DNA of 64,000 nucleotides from Methanobacteriota archaeon (GTDB taxonomy: Archaea > Thermoplasmatota > E2 > DHVEG-1), in contig JAZDGT010000033.1 in NCBI GenBank assembly GCA_043806635.1, positions 24,336-88,335 on the forward strand, read 5' to 3'. A program made the position numbers and the translations under genes. The notes under the pieces were generated by a model that searched no databases, had not been told where the DNA came from, and saw nothing but the letters and a program-made list of their open reading frames with translations. This document shows positions 19,786 to 30,018 of the stretch, one piece after another (position 1 is the first letter of the stretch; the number at the start of each line of letters is the position of its first letter).

Positions 19786-20205
19786 ATGGCGACTGAAGAA
19801 CAAATCACAAAAAACTTAACACTCATCGAATACTACAAGGAACAACTCTCAAACCTTGATCTTCAATTGCAGTACCTACAAGCCGCAGTTGTAGATTACC
19901 AAAAAGCGAAAGTCAGCATAGAACAATTAGATAACACGGAAGGCAAACCCGAGATTCTGGTACCCGTCGGCTCAGGGATTTTCATTCGTGGAGCAGCCAC
20001 AGATACTGGGAAAGTCCTCATTGATATCGGGGCCAGTATCGTCGCAGAAAAAACCGTAGAAGATGCGATAAAAAAAATTGATGACCGGATTGAGACTCTG
20101 CAAAAAAACCAGGAGAAACTCTACTCGATGGCGCAACAGATGCAACAGGAGGCTACCGAATTATCTAACAAGACACAGGATATGCTTGCAGAGCAGAGAA
20201 AATAA
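19786..20205 (+). CDS. pfdA: Prefoldin alpha subunit
   Basis: Coiled coils flanking EILVPVGSG..VLIDIGA..EK; upstream of ftsY. Confidence 0.88.
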   Translation: MATEEQITKNLTLIEYYKEQLSNLDLQLQYLQAAVVDYQKAKVSIEQLDNTEGKPEILVPVGSGIFIRGAATDTGKVLIDIGASIVAEKTVEDAIKKIDDRIETLQKNQEKLYSMAQQMQQEATELSNKTQDMLAEQRK

Positions 20206-20234
20206 AGATTCACTAAATTTGGGGTAATAGAGAG

Positions 20235-21416
20235 ATGTTTAATTTTTTAAAGAAAAAACTGAAGCGATTCGAGGAACGAATAGAGGCAGAGTTAAAAGCT
20301 GAATTAAAAGAAGAAAAAAAACAAGAAACACCTCCAATAAAACCCCCCGTTGTATCTCCAAAGGAAGAACAGAAAACACTAGCGACTCCAGTACGACATC
20401 TGGAAAAAAAAATACGCGAAAAACCAGTACCACCTCCTGTGAGTAAGGGGAGACAGGAGCGCGAGCAGCAACTTGATAAACAGATTGAGGAAAGCATTGA
20501 GACTGAGTTGCAGCGGATTGTTCAGACCCGGAAGAGTATTGAAGAAGCGGTGCAGACTGAGAAAAAAACAGGGTGGGGTATCGATGAGAAAAAACTGGAT
20601 GATTTACTCTGGGATTTGGAGATGGACTTGTTAGAATCCGATGTCGCGTATTCCGTGATTGAATCGATTAAGAAGGATATCAAGGAGGAGTTGAAGCATG
20701 CACAATCTCGTTCTCAGATTAGTGAGTTTGTTGAGGCGGTATTAAAAAAATCTATTGCGAATGTGTTAACTGCGAATAATTTTGATTTTGTTGATTTTAT
20801 TGAGAAGCGGAAGAAACCTGTGGTGATCATGTTTGTTGGGGTGAACGGGACTGGGAAAACCCTTTCGATAGCAAAGATCGCGTATATGCTTAAGAAACAG
20901 GGGAAGACGTGTGTGATGGCTGCGGGTGATACGTTCCGTGCGGGCGCGATTGAGCAGTTGCAGATTCATGCGGATAATCTTGATGTGAAAGTGGTGAAAC
21001 ATGGTTCTGGTGCTGATCCTGCCGCGGTTGCGTTTGATGCGATTGAGCATGCAAAAGCAAAACACAAGGATGTTGTTCTTCTGGATACGGCGGGTCGGAT
21101 GCAGACGAACTCGAATCTGATGGATGAGATGGCAAAGATAAAGCGGGTGGCGAAACCTGATATGATTATTTTTGTTGGTGACGCGCTTTCAGGGAATGAT
21201 GCGGTAGAGCAGGCGAAACGGTTTAACGAGATAGTTGGTATTGATGGAGTGATTCTGACGAAGGTTGATGCGGATGCGAAAGGAGGGAGCTCCTTGTCGA
21301 TTGCGTATACGATAGGGAAACCACTCTTGTTTATTGGTGTTGGCCAAAAATATGAGGATCAGATCCCGTTTAACGCGGAGTGGATGGTGCAGCATATTTT
21401 TGGTAAAAACACGTAA
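20235..21416 (+). CDS. ftsY: SRP receptor FtsY
   Basis: GVNGTGKT, DTFRAGAIEQL, DTAGR, TKVDADAKGG. Confidence 0.96.
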   Translation: MFNFLKKKLKRFEERIEAELKAELKEEKKQETPPIKPPVVSPKEEQKTLATPVRHLEKKIREKPVPPPVSKGRQEREQQLDKQIEESIETELQRIVQTRKSIEEAVQTEKKTGWGIDEKKLDDLLWDLEMDLLESDVAYSVIESIKKDIKEELKHAQSRSQISEFVEAVLKKSIANVLTANNFDFVDFIEKRKKPVVIMFVGVNGTGKTLSIAKIAYMLKKQGKTCVMAAGDTFRAGAIEQLQIHADNLDVKVVKHGSGADPAAVAFDAIEHAKAKHKDVVLLDTAGRMQTNSNLMDEMAKIKRVAKPDMIIFVGDALSGNDAVEQAKRFNEIVGIDGVILTKVDADAKGGSSLSIAYTIGKPLLFIGVGQKYEDQIPFNAEWMVQHIFGKNT

Positions 21417-21433
21417 CTTTTTTTTAGAAAGGG

Positions 21434-22108
21434 TTAGACTTGTATGGTTGTTCCATCAAAGGGTTGACCCGTGATTGCTTTTTCGAGTTGATCAAGGCGT
21501 CTACCGTTTACGATGAGTGTGGTGAGTCCGGCTCTTTTGATGATCTCGAGTGAGGGTGCATCGATTGCGATGTGTTTTCCTGCGGATTTCCATGCGGTTC
21601 CGTATTTCTGTATTAGCTCGTCAATGTGGATTACTTTGAGTTGTCGTGCATCCGGGTATTTGTTCGGGTCTTTATCGTAGATTCCGTCGACGTTGGTCGC
21701 GTTTATGAACCGGGTTGCTTTGGTTTTTTCTGCGAGCTCTGCTGAGACCATGTCGGTGCTGTGACCAGGAGTAGTCCCCCCCATGATGATGAGGTGGTGT
21801 TTGAGGTTTTTTGCTTCGTCGGTTGTCTGAGGAATCTCGGAGTTTGCGTTCTGGAGTAAGTTGGCGAGGAGTTTGGCGTTGACGCGGGTGATGTCTATCC
21901 CAAGTGAGTCCAGTGTGTCTTCCTGTATGCCGAGGGTTCGTCCTAGGTGGATGTAGTCTCGTGCGACTCGTCCGCCACCAACGACGATATAGAGTTTGTA
22001 TTCTGCACTAATTTTTTGGAGGAGGATCGCAAGTTTTTTCAGAAAATCAGGGTCTGCTTCTTTAGAGAGAAGCACGGATCCTCCTATGGAGACGACCACG
22101 GTTTTCAT
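21434..22108 (-). CDS. pyrH: Uridylate kinase
   Basis: VSIGGS, VVGGG..AR.YI, GGTTPGHSTD, TNVDGIYDKDP. Confidence 0.93.
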   Translation of the reverse strand: MKTVVVSIGGSVLLSKEADPDFLKKLAILLQKISAEYKLYIVVGGGRVARDYIHLGRTLGIQEDTLDSLGIDITRVNAKLLANLLQNANSEIPQTTDEAKNLKHHLIIMGGTTPGHSTDMVSAELAEKTKATRFINATNVDGIYDKDPNKYPDARQLKVIHIDELIQKYGTAWKSAGKHIAIDAPSLEIIKRAGLTTLIVNGRRLDQLEKAITGQPFDGTTIQV

Positions 22109-22185
22109 AACAACCTGATATAGAGTTTTTGATTTATTATGCTTGTTCACTGCAACGCAATAAAAAAAAGTGATGGTGTGGGGTT

Positions 22186-22614
22186 CTAGGCTACTTCAAC
22201 GCCACCAACTTGGCCTTTTTTCTGATCTGTGCCTAAGTGTACTTGTGGTAATGGTATCGGTGGTGGTAACCCGAGGTCTTTGGCGATGCCTACTGCTTCG
22301 GGGACGCAGGTATGCATCACTGCGGTATGGAGTTGACTCGCGACTTGATCAGGCATTTTATGGGTTTCATTCCATTTCTCAGCAAGGTTTTTCACGTCGT
22401 TATATTCGTACAGCAGGACTCCATCGATTTTGATCATCCCGATAGGGCCATAGCTTGCCGTGTACTGGAACTCAATCGTAGCGACGTCGCCGTTCGTATA
22501 GGAGACATGGGTGATGGTGCTGTTATGGTCGATACGGATCTGTCGCGGTTTCTCATTTAAATCAGTGTATCGTCGTGCTTCAATGGATTTCAGTTGAATA
22601 TTTTTTATTTTCAT
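22186..22614 (-). CDS. Conserved archaeal hypothetical protein (possibly SecB-like fold)
   Basis: Beta-rich N-terminus, C-terminal LGLPPPIPLP motif. Confidence 0.6.
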   Translation of the reverse strand: MKIKNIQLKSIEARRYTDLNEKPRQIRIDHNSTITHVSYTNGDVATIEFQYTASYGPIGMIKIDGVLLYEYNDVKNLAEKWNETHKMPDQVASQLHTAVMHTCVPEAVGIAKDLGLPPPIPLPQVHLGTDQKKGQVGGVEVA

Positions 22615-22813
22615 GGTCTTGATCATAACAGATTTCTTCTTTTTAGTTCTTTCGTTTACACATATTCTCTGATATCTATTCATTCATGGAGTACGTTTTA
22701 CTGGAACGATATCGGATTCCCCTCCTATTAGATATACTACAAAGTAGTATGTCCTCCTTAGGAGACAGAGATAGAAAATTACATAAGTAACAATGAGATA
22801 AGCAAGGAATTAG

Positions 22814-23614
22814 ATGAAGAAACTCTTGATACCCGTCTTCCTTGTTATCCTCTGCTTCGGGGTCCTTGTTCCTACGGGGAACGCTGAGGTCACTATTCTG
22901 ATGGTGAATAGTCATACGATCACGGTCACGACAACCAATACTGGTTTAAACGTTGTCGAAGACTTAACCGTGAAAAATATTTGGACAAAACCTTGTGATA
23001 CGCTCGAGTTCTGGATACAACAAAATGCAGACGAGGTGAGCATCCTTGCAGTGGAAAATAATATCCCGCTCCCGTCGACGATCTCTGGTAATGTGTATTC
23101 CTGCAATCTCACGTTTCTGAATTTATCCCTCGTCAGTGATCAAACCATGACCTTGCGAGTCACCTACACGCTTCCAAAAACCAGTGAGGTCTATCAAAAA
23201 ACTACTTCCTATGATACGACTTCGTTCATCGTCCTCTTCAATAAGAAAGAGCTTTTCCGTAGTGGATCACTCGCAGCCGGTTCCTCACTACAGGTTCTCT
23301 TGTATCAACCTTCTGAGGCACCGGTGAATATGACGTACCTCCTCATCCTTCTTGTTCTGGTTATCCTCCTTATCACGGTCGCTTTACTGTTTCTGGGGAG
23401 ACATCGGAAAAAAACTGTTCGTTCATCAGGAGTGGAATCTGAAGAACTGCTCACTACACAAAAAAACCTTCTTCTTACCGTGTTAAAAGAGGTTGAGAAA
23501 CAACATCGTGCGAAAACCATCTCTGATGAAACCTATACGAAACTAAAAGACGAATATAAACAACAAGCAGTACTTGTGATGAAAAAACTTGATGATCTCG
23601 AGAAAAAACGTTAG
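22814..23614 (+). CDS. Membrane-anchored hypothetical protein
   Basis: Signal peptide, extracellular domain, TM, C-terminal helical ISDETY.KLK motif. Confidence 0.65.
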   Translation: MKKLLIPVFLVILCFGVLVPTGNAEVTILMVNSHTITVTTTNTGLNVVEDLTVKNIWTKPCDTLEFWIQQNADEVSILAVENNIPLPSTISGNVYSCNLTFLNLSLVSDQTMTLRVTYTLPKTSEVYQKTTSYDTTSFIVLFNKKELFRSGSLAAGSSLQVLLYQPSEAPVNMTYLLILLVLVILLITVALLFLGRHRKKTVRSSGVESEELLTTQKNLLLTVLKEVEKQHRAKTISDETYTKLKDEYKQQAVLVMKKLDDLEKKR

Positions 23615-25062
23615 AAATCAAAGAGACTCGGTTGCTTCATTTCCGCCTTCTGTTCATGGTTTTCTTCTTTTTTCTCCTGCTCTGATGAACCCACTGTTTC
23701 TAACATGCTCTGAGTCTCATCAACATGTTCACAAAACTCAAGGATTTCTTTCAACTTCGACGCATGCTCAGATCCTAAGAGAAATTTGATTTCGCTCTCA
23801 GTCAGATCAAGTCGTTGTTTCATGATGCAGGCGAAACGGGTATCATGACAGAACACGTTTTTAAACTGAGGAAAAAAGATCTCTTTACTTTTCTTCTTGG
23901 AGTTATGCATATACCGCCCTAGTTTCATCGCAAGAGCATCCCGTACCTCCCGTTGTCCTTTACTTTGTTTCATCTCCTTCATCCATTGAGGGGGAGCATA
24001 TCGGACTGGGCTATACGTGTGGGTTTTCGCTGTAGTGACACCCCCTGTCATTAGATCTGATGCGTACGACCATAACCCATAGTATCGTCGACGGTAGACT
24101 CGACCGAAGAACACATCTGCTTTCGACACCATTTCATACCCGCGCGCCAGGTCAGCAACCATCTGATACTGTCGAGGGAGGTTCTCAGCGATCCAGAGTA
24201 AAAACGTTGTTGGTTCGATGTCTACACCGTCACATACACCCCGGACACTTTTCAGCGTATCACCAGTGAATACATCTCGAACCGCATCAAAAATAAGTTT
24301 ATCCCGATCCCGGTACCCGAGTACCTCCACTGAGCTGATATCTATCTTACCCCGGCCCAGACTCAGAGACTGAAGATCATTGACTGCGGAGCGGACATCA
24401 CCGTGACAACGCTCAGCAATGAGCTGTAACACTCTCGCTTCCACTGTCAGATTCTCCTCCCGACAAATCCGCCTCAACAATTCCACAATCTGACGATCAC
24501 CTACTTGATAAAACGGGATCACCAAACACAGATCCTTAAACCCCTCCCCGCCACCACGAACTAACGCATAATAATCATTCACAATCAAAATAATCGGCTG
24601 ACTCGTCATCCGGATCGTCTCAAGAATCGCTTTCTTCCCACCACGATCACTCAAATCCGTCATCCCGGATGATCTCGCTGATTTCTCAACCCGCTCATAC
24701 AGATTATCAGCCTCATCAAGAATAATCAGCTTCCTACCACCCTGCTGCGAGGAGAGAAACCGCCCCTGCGTATCAAACGTCTCATGGATGGCACCAGATG
24801 TTGCGACTTTCTTAATCATCACCGCATTCCGAGCATCAGAAGCATTCAGTTCAATGGATATCCAACCGAACTCAGAGGCTAACGCAAGCGCACTACTCGT
24901 TTTCCCTGTACCTGGTTTCCCAGAGAGAATCACCGCGCGTTTCTTCGGCACCCCTGAACTCGTCCATCGACGCGCCCACGTTCGCAGGGTAGCAAGCGCC
25001 TGCTCATTCCCTACTACATCGGTAAGCGTTTTTGGTCTGTACTTCTCCGTCCAGTCATCCAT
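23611..25062 (-). CDS. rfcL: Replication factor C large subunit
   Basis: WTEKYRP, GKPGTGKT, ELNASD, LDEAD, GDVRSAVNDLQ, C-terminal PIP box QPSLFDF. Confidence 0.95.
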   Translation of the reverse strand: MDDWTEKYRPKTLTDVVGNEQALATLRTWARRWTSSGVPKKRAVILSGKPGTGKTSSALALASEFGWISIELNASDARNAVMIKKVATSGAIHETFDTQGRFLSSQQGGRKLIILDEADNLYERVEKSARSSGMTDLSDRGGKKAILETIRMTSQPIILIVNDYYALVRGGGEGFKDLCLVIPFYQVGDRQIVELLRRICREENLTVEARVLQLIAERCHGDVRSAVNDLQSLSLGRGKIDISSVEVLGYRDRDKLIFDAVRDVFTGDTLKSVRGVCDGVDIEPTTFLLWIAENLPRQYQMVADLARGYEMVSKADVFFGRVYRRRYYGLWSYASDLMTGGVTTAKTHTYSPVRYAPPQWMKEMKQSKGQREVRDALAMKLGRYMHNSKKKSKEIFFPQFKNVFCHDTRFACIMKQRLDLTESEIKFLLGSEHASKLKEILEFCEHVDETQSMLETVGSSEQEKKEENHEQKAEMKQPSLFDF

Positions 25063-25172
25063 TACTACTGAGGAAGAAAACTAGGGTATTTTAAGATTTG
25101 TTTTCATAAAACAGACAAAAAAACAAGGGAAAATATATATAGGGATAAACAGCACTATATTATAAGATAATT

Positions 25173-26483
25173 ATGATAAAACGACATCTCCCCAGATATT
25201 TCACAATTCTTGTGTGTACAGTATCCTTTTTTTCAACCATTGGATATGGTGGGCTCTCACAAAATGTAGAGAACGAATTCAATATTCAGGAAGCCATTAA
25301 CAATGCTCATCAAGGTGATATCATCATCGTCCCTAATGGGACGTACCCTGGCGGCATTGATTTTCTCGGAAAAGCAATCACCCTGAAAAGCCAGTATGGT
25401 CCAAAATACTGTATTATTGATGGTAATGAAATCCAATCTGGTGTTCGATTCAACAATAGTGAAGGACCACGATCTGTTCTCCAAGGATTCACCATTACCC
25501 GTTGTCAGGCAGTAAATAGTAAAGAATGTGGTATCTACCTAGGACAATACGCAGCTCCTACCATTCGGAACTGTATTGTCACAGGGAATACCGCTAGAAG
25601 CGACTCACTAGAATTCGAGGCAGCGGGAGCAGGGGTGTTTTGCGATCGTTTCTCCTCACCAACACTTGTTGAATGTACGATTTCTCATAATACACTCATT
25701 AGTGCGTACAATGGATATACAGAGGGTGCTGGTCTCTGCTCATTCTATGCATCACCAACACTTATGCGATGCTGGGTTGTGGATAACACGGTCTACGCTA
25801 TGGGATATGGTGGAGGAATGGGTGGTGGCATTTCAGGTTTTTATGGTGGGCAGATAACACTCCAAAGCTGTATGATAGTAAACAACACCGTCACCGGTGT
25901 GGGGTCTGCATATCATATGGGCGGTGGTCTCTGTGTTCGCTATGGAACACTTGCACTGATACAAGGTTGTACATTTTCAGGAAACCACGTGGTCATTAGT
26001 GGTTGTCCGTACCAATCCTTTGGTGGAGCCCTCTATGTTGGTGAAGGAGGAGACGCATGGATACGAAATACGATTCTCTGGAACAACCTCTGGGGTGATG
26101 AATCGCAGGAGATATTCATAAGCGATCCTTATACAAGCACACATGTGAATATCAACTTCAGCGTCATAGAAGGGGGAGAAGAAGGTATTATCATACTCAA
26201 CGCAACCTATCATGAGGACATTCTGGTTTACGGGACCATGAATCTGGTCAGTGATCCACTGTTCAGAGACCCTGTACGTCATGATTTCCATCTCACCCTG
26301 AATTCACCTTGTGTTGACGCAGGAGAACCGTTCACCTGGCAAGCGGTGAGTCCCACGATTTACAGTGCGGGAAAAGATATCGATGGAAACCCTCGGTTCA
26401 TTGATATTCCCTGGATTCGTTACCCTGGCCGTGGGCCTCTTGATATTGGTGCTGATGAAGTACTCCTATCGAATATGGGCTGA
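25173..26483 (+). CDS. Secreted right-handed beta-helix repeat protein
   Basis: IQEAINNA..GDII.VPNGTY, repeated GGG/N-ladder units, C-terminal DFHL..SPCVDAG..DIDGNPR..DIGADE. Confidence 0.8.
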   Translation: MIKRHLPRYFTILVCTVSFFSTIGYGGLSQNVENEFNIQEAINNAHQGDIIIVPNGTYPGGIDFLGKAITLKSQYGPKYCIIDGNEIQSGVRFNNSEGPRSVLQGFTITRCQAVNSKECGIYLGQYAAPTIRNCIVTGNTARSDSLEFEAAGAGVFCDRFSSPTLVECTISHNTLISAYNGYTEGAGLCSFYASPTLMRCWVVDNTVYAMGYGGGMGGGISGFYGGQITLQSCMIVNNTVTGVGSAYHMGGGLCVRYGTLALIQGCTFSGNHVVISGCPYQSFGGALYVGEGGDAWIRNTILWNNLWGDESQEIFISDPYTSTHVNINFSVIEGGEEGIIILNATYHEDILVYGTMNLVSDPLFRDPVRHDFHLTLNSPCVDAGEPFTWQAVSPTIYSAGKDIDGNPRFIDIPWIRYPGRGPLDIGADEVLLSNMG

Positions 26484-26570
26484 TACCTAAACCACAAATA
26501 AAACATTTTCTTGTTTCTTTTTTTTCATCATAATCTTTTTATTAACCTGGTTATTTCCCCTTCCGTATAT

Positions 26571-26654
26571 GCGGGGATGGCCCAGCCCGGCAAGGCGATG
26601 GATTGCTAATCCATTGGTCTCACGACCTCGGGAGTTCAAATCTCCCTCCCCGCG
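26571..26654 (+). tRNA. tRNA-Ser(GCT)
   Basis: GCGGGGA..ATGGA TTGCTAA TCCAT, long variable arm, GGGAG TTCAAAT CTCCC TCCCCGC G. Confidence 0.95.
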
Positions 26655-26900
26655 CTAATTATTAACACGGTTATTTAACAGGAGAAAAATACAATATTTA
26701 TTGGTTGATTGGTACTTAAATCCCAACGGAAGTATGCTATTTATTAACATACAGATTTATGAAAGAATATACACAACTCTGAGGACTTTTCCCAACTTTC
26801 CTTATCCATCTACAGACCGACAGATACTATTTTATCAGGGAAATTAATACTTTCATTTATCCCCTATAATGATATTTATAGGATAGGAGATACTATCCCA

Positions 26901-27737
26901 ATGATGTTAAACAACAGACAAAAATGTTTGTATTATTTTTTACGAAAATCTGATTGTTGTTCAAAAATGCAACTTGCAAAAATCTTCTTCCTGATTAGTC
27001 ATGAGAGTAATATCAATGAAAGAGGGAAATTTTATAGTTTTATCCCTTATAAGTTTGGACCATACTCTTTCGAGTTATTCCATGACGTAGAATTGATGGA
27101 GCAAGAAAAAATAGTAGAATCTAATGGAAACAACATTACATTCGTAGGGGACAGTAAAATACCTGTTGAGAGTGCCCCAATCATTGATCAATACTTTGAA
27201 AACTATTTTTTCATAAATGAAAGAAAATTGATAAACATCGTGTATGAAAAATATCCTGATTATACGATTTTTAGTAAAATCAAAAAAAAGAAGGAATATA
27301 TCAGGGATTTAACAGGTGTGTACACGATTGGCTATGAGGGACGGTCGGTTGATGAATTTTTACTGAAAATAATTGATGAAAAAATCCAAATCCTTACTGA
27401 TATTCGGAATAATCCCTGGAGCATGAAATATGGTTATTCAAAACAAAATCTCGAAGTATTTTGTGATAAACTAGGAATCAATTACATGAGTATGCCATCT
27501 CTTGGAATTCCAAGTGCACTGCGGAAAAATTTGAATGAGAAAGAAGCGTACAAAAAACTGTTCACTATGTATCGTACATATCTTGGAAAGAAAGCAATAG
27601 AGATTCAAGATTTAAAACGACTGTCAGAAAAACATAGAATTGCCCTAATGTGTTTTGAGAGGAATCCAGATTATTGTCATCGCGGAGTTCTAGGAAAAGA
27701 ATTAGAAAAATTAGGTGCAGAGGTCGTATTCAATTGA
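26901..27737 (+). CDS. DUF488-domain protein with N-terminal wHTH (SocA/DUF4065-like) region
   Basis: F.PYKFGPYS motif; YTIGYEGRS, DIRNNPWS, LGIPS, ALMCFE...CHR. Confidence 0.82.
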   Translation: MMLNNRQKCLYYFLRKSDCCSKMQLAKIFFLISHESNINERGKFYSFIPYKFGPYSFELFHDVELMEQEKIVESNGNNITFVGDSKIPVESAPIIDQYFENYFFINERKLINIVYEKYPDYTIFSKIKKKKEYIRDLTGVYTIGYEGRSVDEFLLKIIDEKIQILTDIRNNPWSMKYGYSKQNLEVFCDKLGINYMSMPSLGIPSALRKNLNEKEAYKKLFTMYRTYLGKKAIEIQDLKRLSEKHRIALMCFERNPDYCHRGVLGKELEKLGAEVVFN

Positions 27738-28507
27738 CATGGCAGAAAAAGAAAGTGACAGTAGTAACAAAAGCATATCCTGAACATAGTAAAAGACATG
27801 GCACAGTAGCATGTACGGCAGGGATAACTGAAGATGGAGAATGGATCCGTCTGTATCCAATTGATATGAGACATTTTATCGGCTTTGATAAGATTTCAAA
27901 ATTTGATATTATCGAAGTGGAATGTTCACCTGATCTGGATAAGCTTAGTAGAAAAGAAAGTCATAAAGTAAGACCTGAATCCATCAAGATAGTCGATGAA
28001 AGTTTGACACGACCGAAAGCTGATTGGAAAAAACGAAATCAAATCGTTTTACCTATGCTTTCGAAATCCATTGAGCAATTACAAGAATCATATGAAAAAA
28101 ACAAAACATCCCTCGGATTGATCAAACCTCGTGAATTGTTCGATTTCGTAAAGACTGAAGACTTACTAATCTACGAAAAAGATAGCTGGTCTTTTACCGT
28201 AAATCTGGATGGTGTACGAATACCGAATGTTTCGAAAATACCGCACATCTTCCAATACCGTTTCAAATGTTCGGGATGCACTGATAGCGAACATGTAATG
28301 CAATGTGAGGATTGGGAGCTCTTTGAATCATATCGTAAGTGGGGAGAACAATATGGTAATACCGACCTTCTTTGGGCAAAACTAAAAGAACGATATTTCG
28401 CATGGATGATAGAGAAAAGAGATCTCTATTTTATTATGGGTACCCATTCTCAATATCCAACATGGTTTATCATTGGAATATATTACCCGCCAAAAAATAG
28501 CAAATAA
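27734..28507 (+). CDS. Conserved hypothetical partner of DUF488 (possibly dual-OB-like)
   Basis: TKAYP..CTAG...GEWIRLYP, CEDWE, FIMGT motifs; TTG start overlaps upstream TGA (TTGA) with gaggt RBS. Confidence 0.7.
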   Translation: MTWQKKKVTVVTKAYPEHSKRHGTVACTAGITEDGEWIRLYPIDMRHFIGFDKISKFDIIEVECSPDLDKLSRKESHKVRPESIKIVDESLTRPKADWKKRNQIVLPMLSKSIEQLQESYEKNKTSLGLIKPRELFDFVKTEDLLIYEKDSWSFTVNLDGVRIPNVSKIPHIFQYRFKCSGCTDSEHVMQCEDWELFESYRKWGEQYGNTDLLWAKLKERYFAWMIEKRDLYFIMGTHSQYPTWFIIGIYYPPKNSK

Positions 28508-28514
28508 AAAACCG

Positions 28515-28577
28515 CTCAACAGATATAAAATCAACAAATATGTTAACAAATACGAGTCCGAATCTCCCTTCCCCGCG
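28515..28577 (+). repeat. Cassette-end motif copy A (tRNA-Ser 3' end)
   Basis: ctcaacagatat..aaatatgttaacaaatacgagtccgaatctcccttccccgcg. Confidence 0.85.
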
Positions 28578-28840
28578 TAATATTCATCAATACGTTAATG
28601 CGCATGAAAAAGATTATATAACACAATAACAGAATTTTCGCTGTTTTGTCCTACAGGCTTTTAACATATATTCCGTAATCCCTCCAGCGGCTTTACTAGG
28701 TCTTTTTTCAGAATAACGCTCTATATATTTTAGGTCAATGATACTTGTTAAAACCTTTTGATTTAATCCTTACCGAGTTGCTTGGTTCTTTCAGACGGAC
28801 AACAAAATGGTTATCCATCGGCTCGCTGTTTAAAGGATTT

Positions 28841-30004
28841 CTATTTCAACGATTTGGTTATCCTTTTTATAGCTTCGTCAATGTTTTCTAAGGATGTTGC
28901 ATACGAAAATCTGAGGTATCCTTCGCCGTATGGGCCAAAGGCAGTTCCAGGGAGCGCTGCGACTCCTGCTTTATAAAGGAGATGATTAGCGCATTCTTGG
29001 GAGTTCATACCTGTTTCTTTGATGTTGGGACAGGTGTAAAAGGCGCCTTTTGGTGAAAGGCAGTGAAAACCGGGGATGGAGTTTAATCCGTTGACGATTG
29101 CATTTCTTTTTTTAGTAAATCGGGTCATCATCTCGGTGATGAATCGTTGATCTCCGGTTAATGCTTCGATGCCTGCCCATTGTGTAAAGGCGGCTGTGCA
29201 GGAGAAAGCGCTTACGAGGAAATCTTGAAGTCGTTCTGCCATTTCGGGTGGGGCTATTATGTAGCCGAGTCGCCAGCCTGTCATCGCGTAGTATTTTGAA
29301 AATCCGTCTAATAAAATGGTTCTTTCTTTTGCTTCATCGCGGGCAGTGGGGGTATAGTGTTTGGTGTCGTCGTATGTCATTTTTGAGTATATTTCATCTG
29401 AGACAATGAAGATATCGTGTTCTTCTGCAAGTTCAGCAATTTCGTCTAGTTCGTTTTTTGTCATGACGGATCCGGTAGGGTTTTGGGGGGAGTTGATGAT
29501 AATGAGTTTTGTTTTTTCTGTTATCCTTTTTTTGATATCATCAGGGTTCATTCGGAACTCGTTTTCTTCTAAAAGCGGTATGGGTATTTGTGTTGCTCCG
29601 AGATATGACGTTACTGATCCGTATGTGGGATAGCCGGGGTCTTGATAGATGACCTCGTCGCTAGGGTTTACGGTGGCGAGCATGGAAAAAAAGATCCCTG
29701 GTTTTAGACCGGGGGTAATCACTACTTGCTCAAGATCGGGTCTGTATCCTCTGGTTTTTTCAATTTCGTCTTGGATCGCTGTTCGTAATTCCAATAACCC
29801 TGCAGGTGGAAGGTAATGTGTTTTTTTCTTTTGAATAGCTTTGATTCCGGCGTCAGCGATGTTTTTTGGGGTTTCTATGTCTGGTTCTCCGATTTCAAAA
29901 TGAAGGATGTTTTTCCCTTGTCGTTCTAGTTCTTGAGCTTTTGCGAGCACTTCAAAGGCTGCTTCTCCGTAGATCCTGTTTGCTCCTTTACTGAGTTGTG
30001 CCAT
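28841..30004 (-). CDS. Class I PLP aminotransferase (aspartate aminotransferase-like)
   Basis: GEPD, NSPQNPTG, SDEIY, GFSKYYAMTGWRLG, YLRFSYA. Confidence 0.92.
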   Translation of the reverse strand: MAQLSKGANRIYGEAAFEVLAKAQELERQGKNILHFEIGEPDIETPKNIADAGIKAIQKKKTHYLPPAGLLELRTAIQDEIEKTRGYRPDLEQVVITPGLKPGIFFSMLATVNPSDEVIYQDPGYPTYGSVTSYLGATQIPIPLLEENEFRMNPDDIKKRITEKTKLIIINSPQNPTGSVMTKNELDEIAELAEEHDIFIVSDEIYSKMTYDDTKHYTPTARDEAKERTILLDGFSKYYAMTGWRLGYIIAPPEMAERLQDFLVSAFSCTAAFTQWAGIEALTGDQRFITEMMTRFTKKRNAIVNGLNSIPGFHCLSPKGAFYTCPNIKETGMNSQECANHLLYKAGVAALPGTAFGPYGEGYLRFSYATSLENIDEAIKRITKSLK

Positions 30005-30018
30005 AGTATCTCCTTTAG

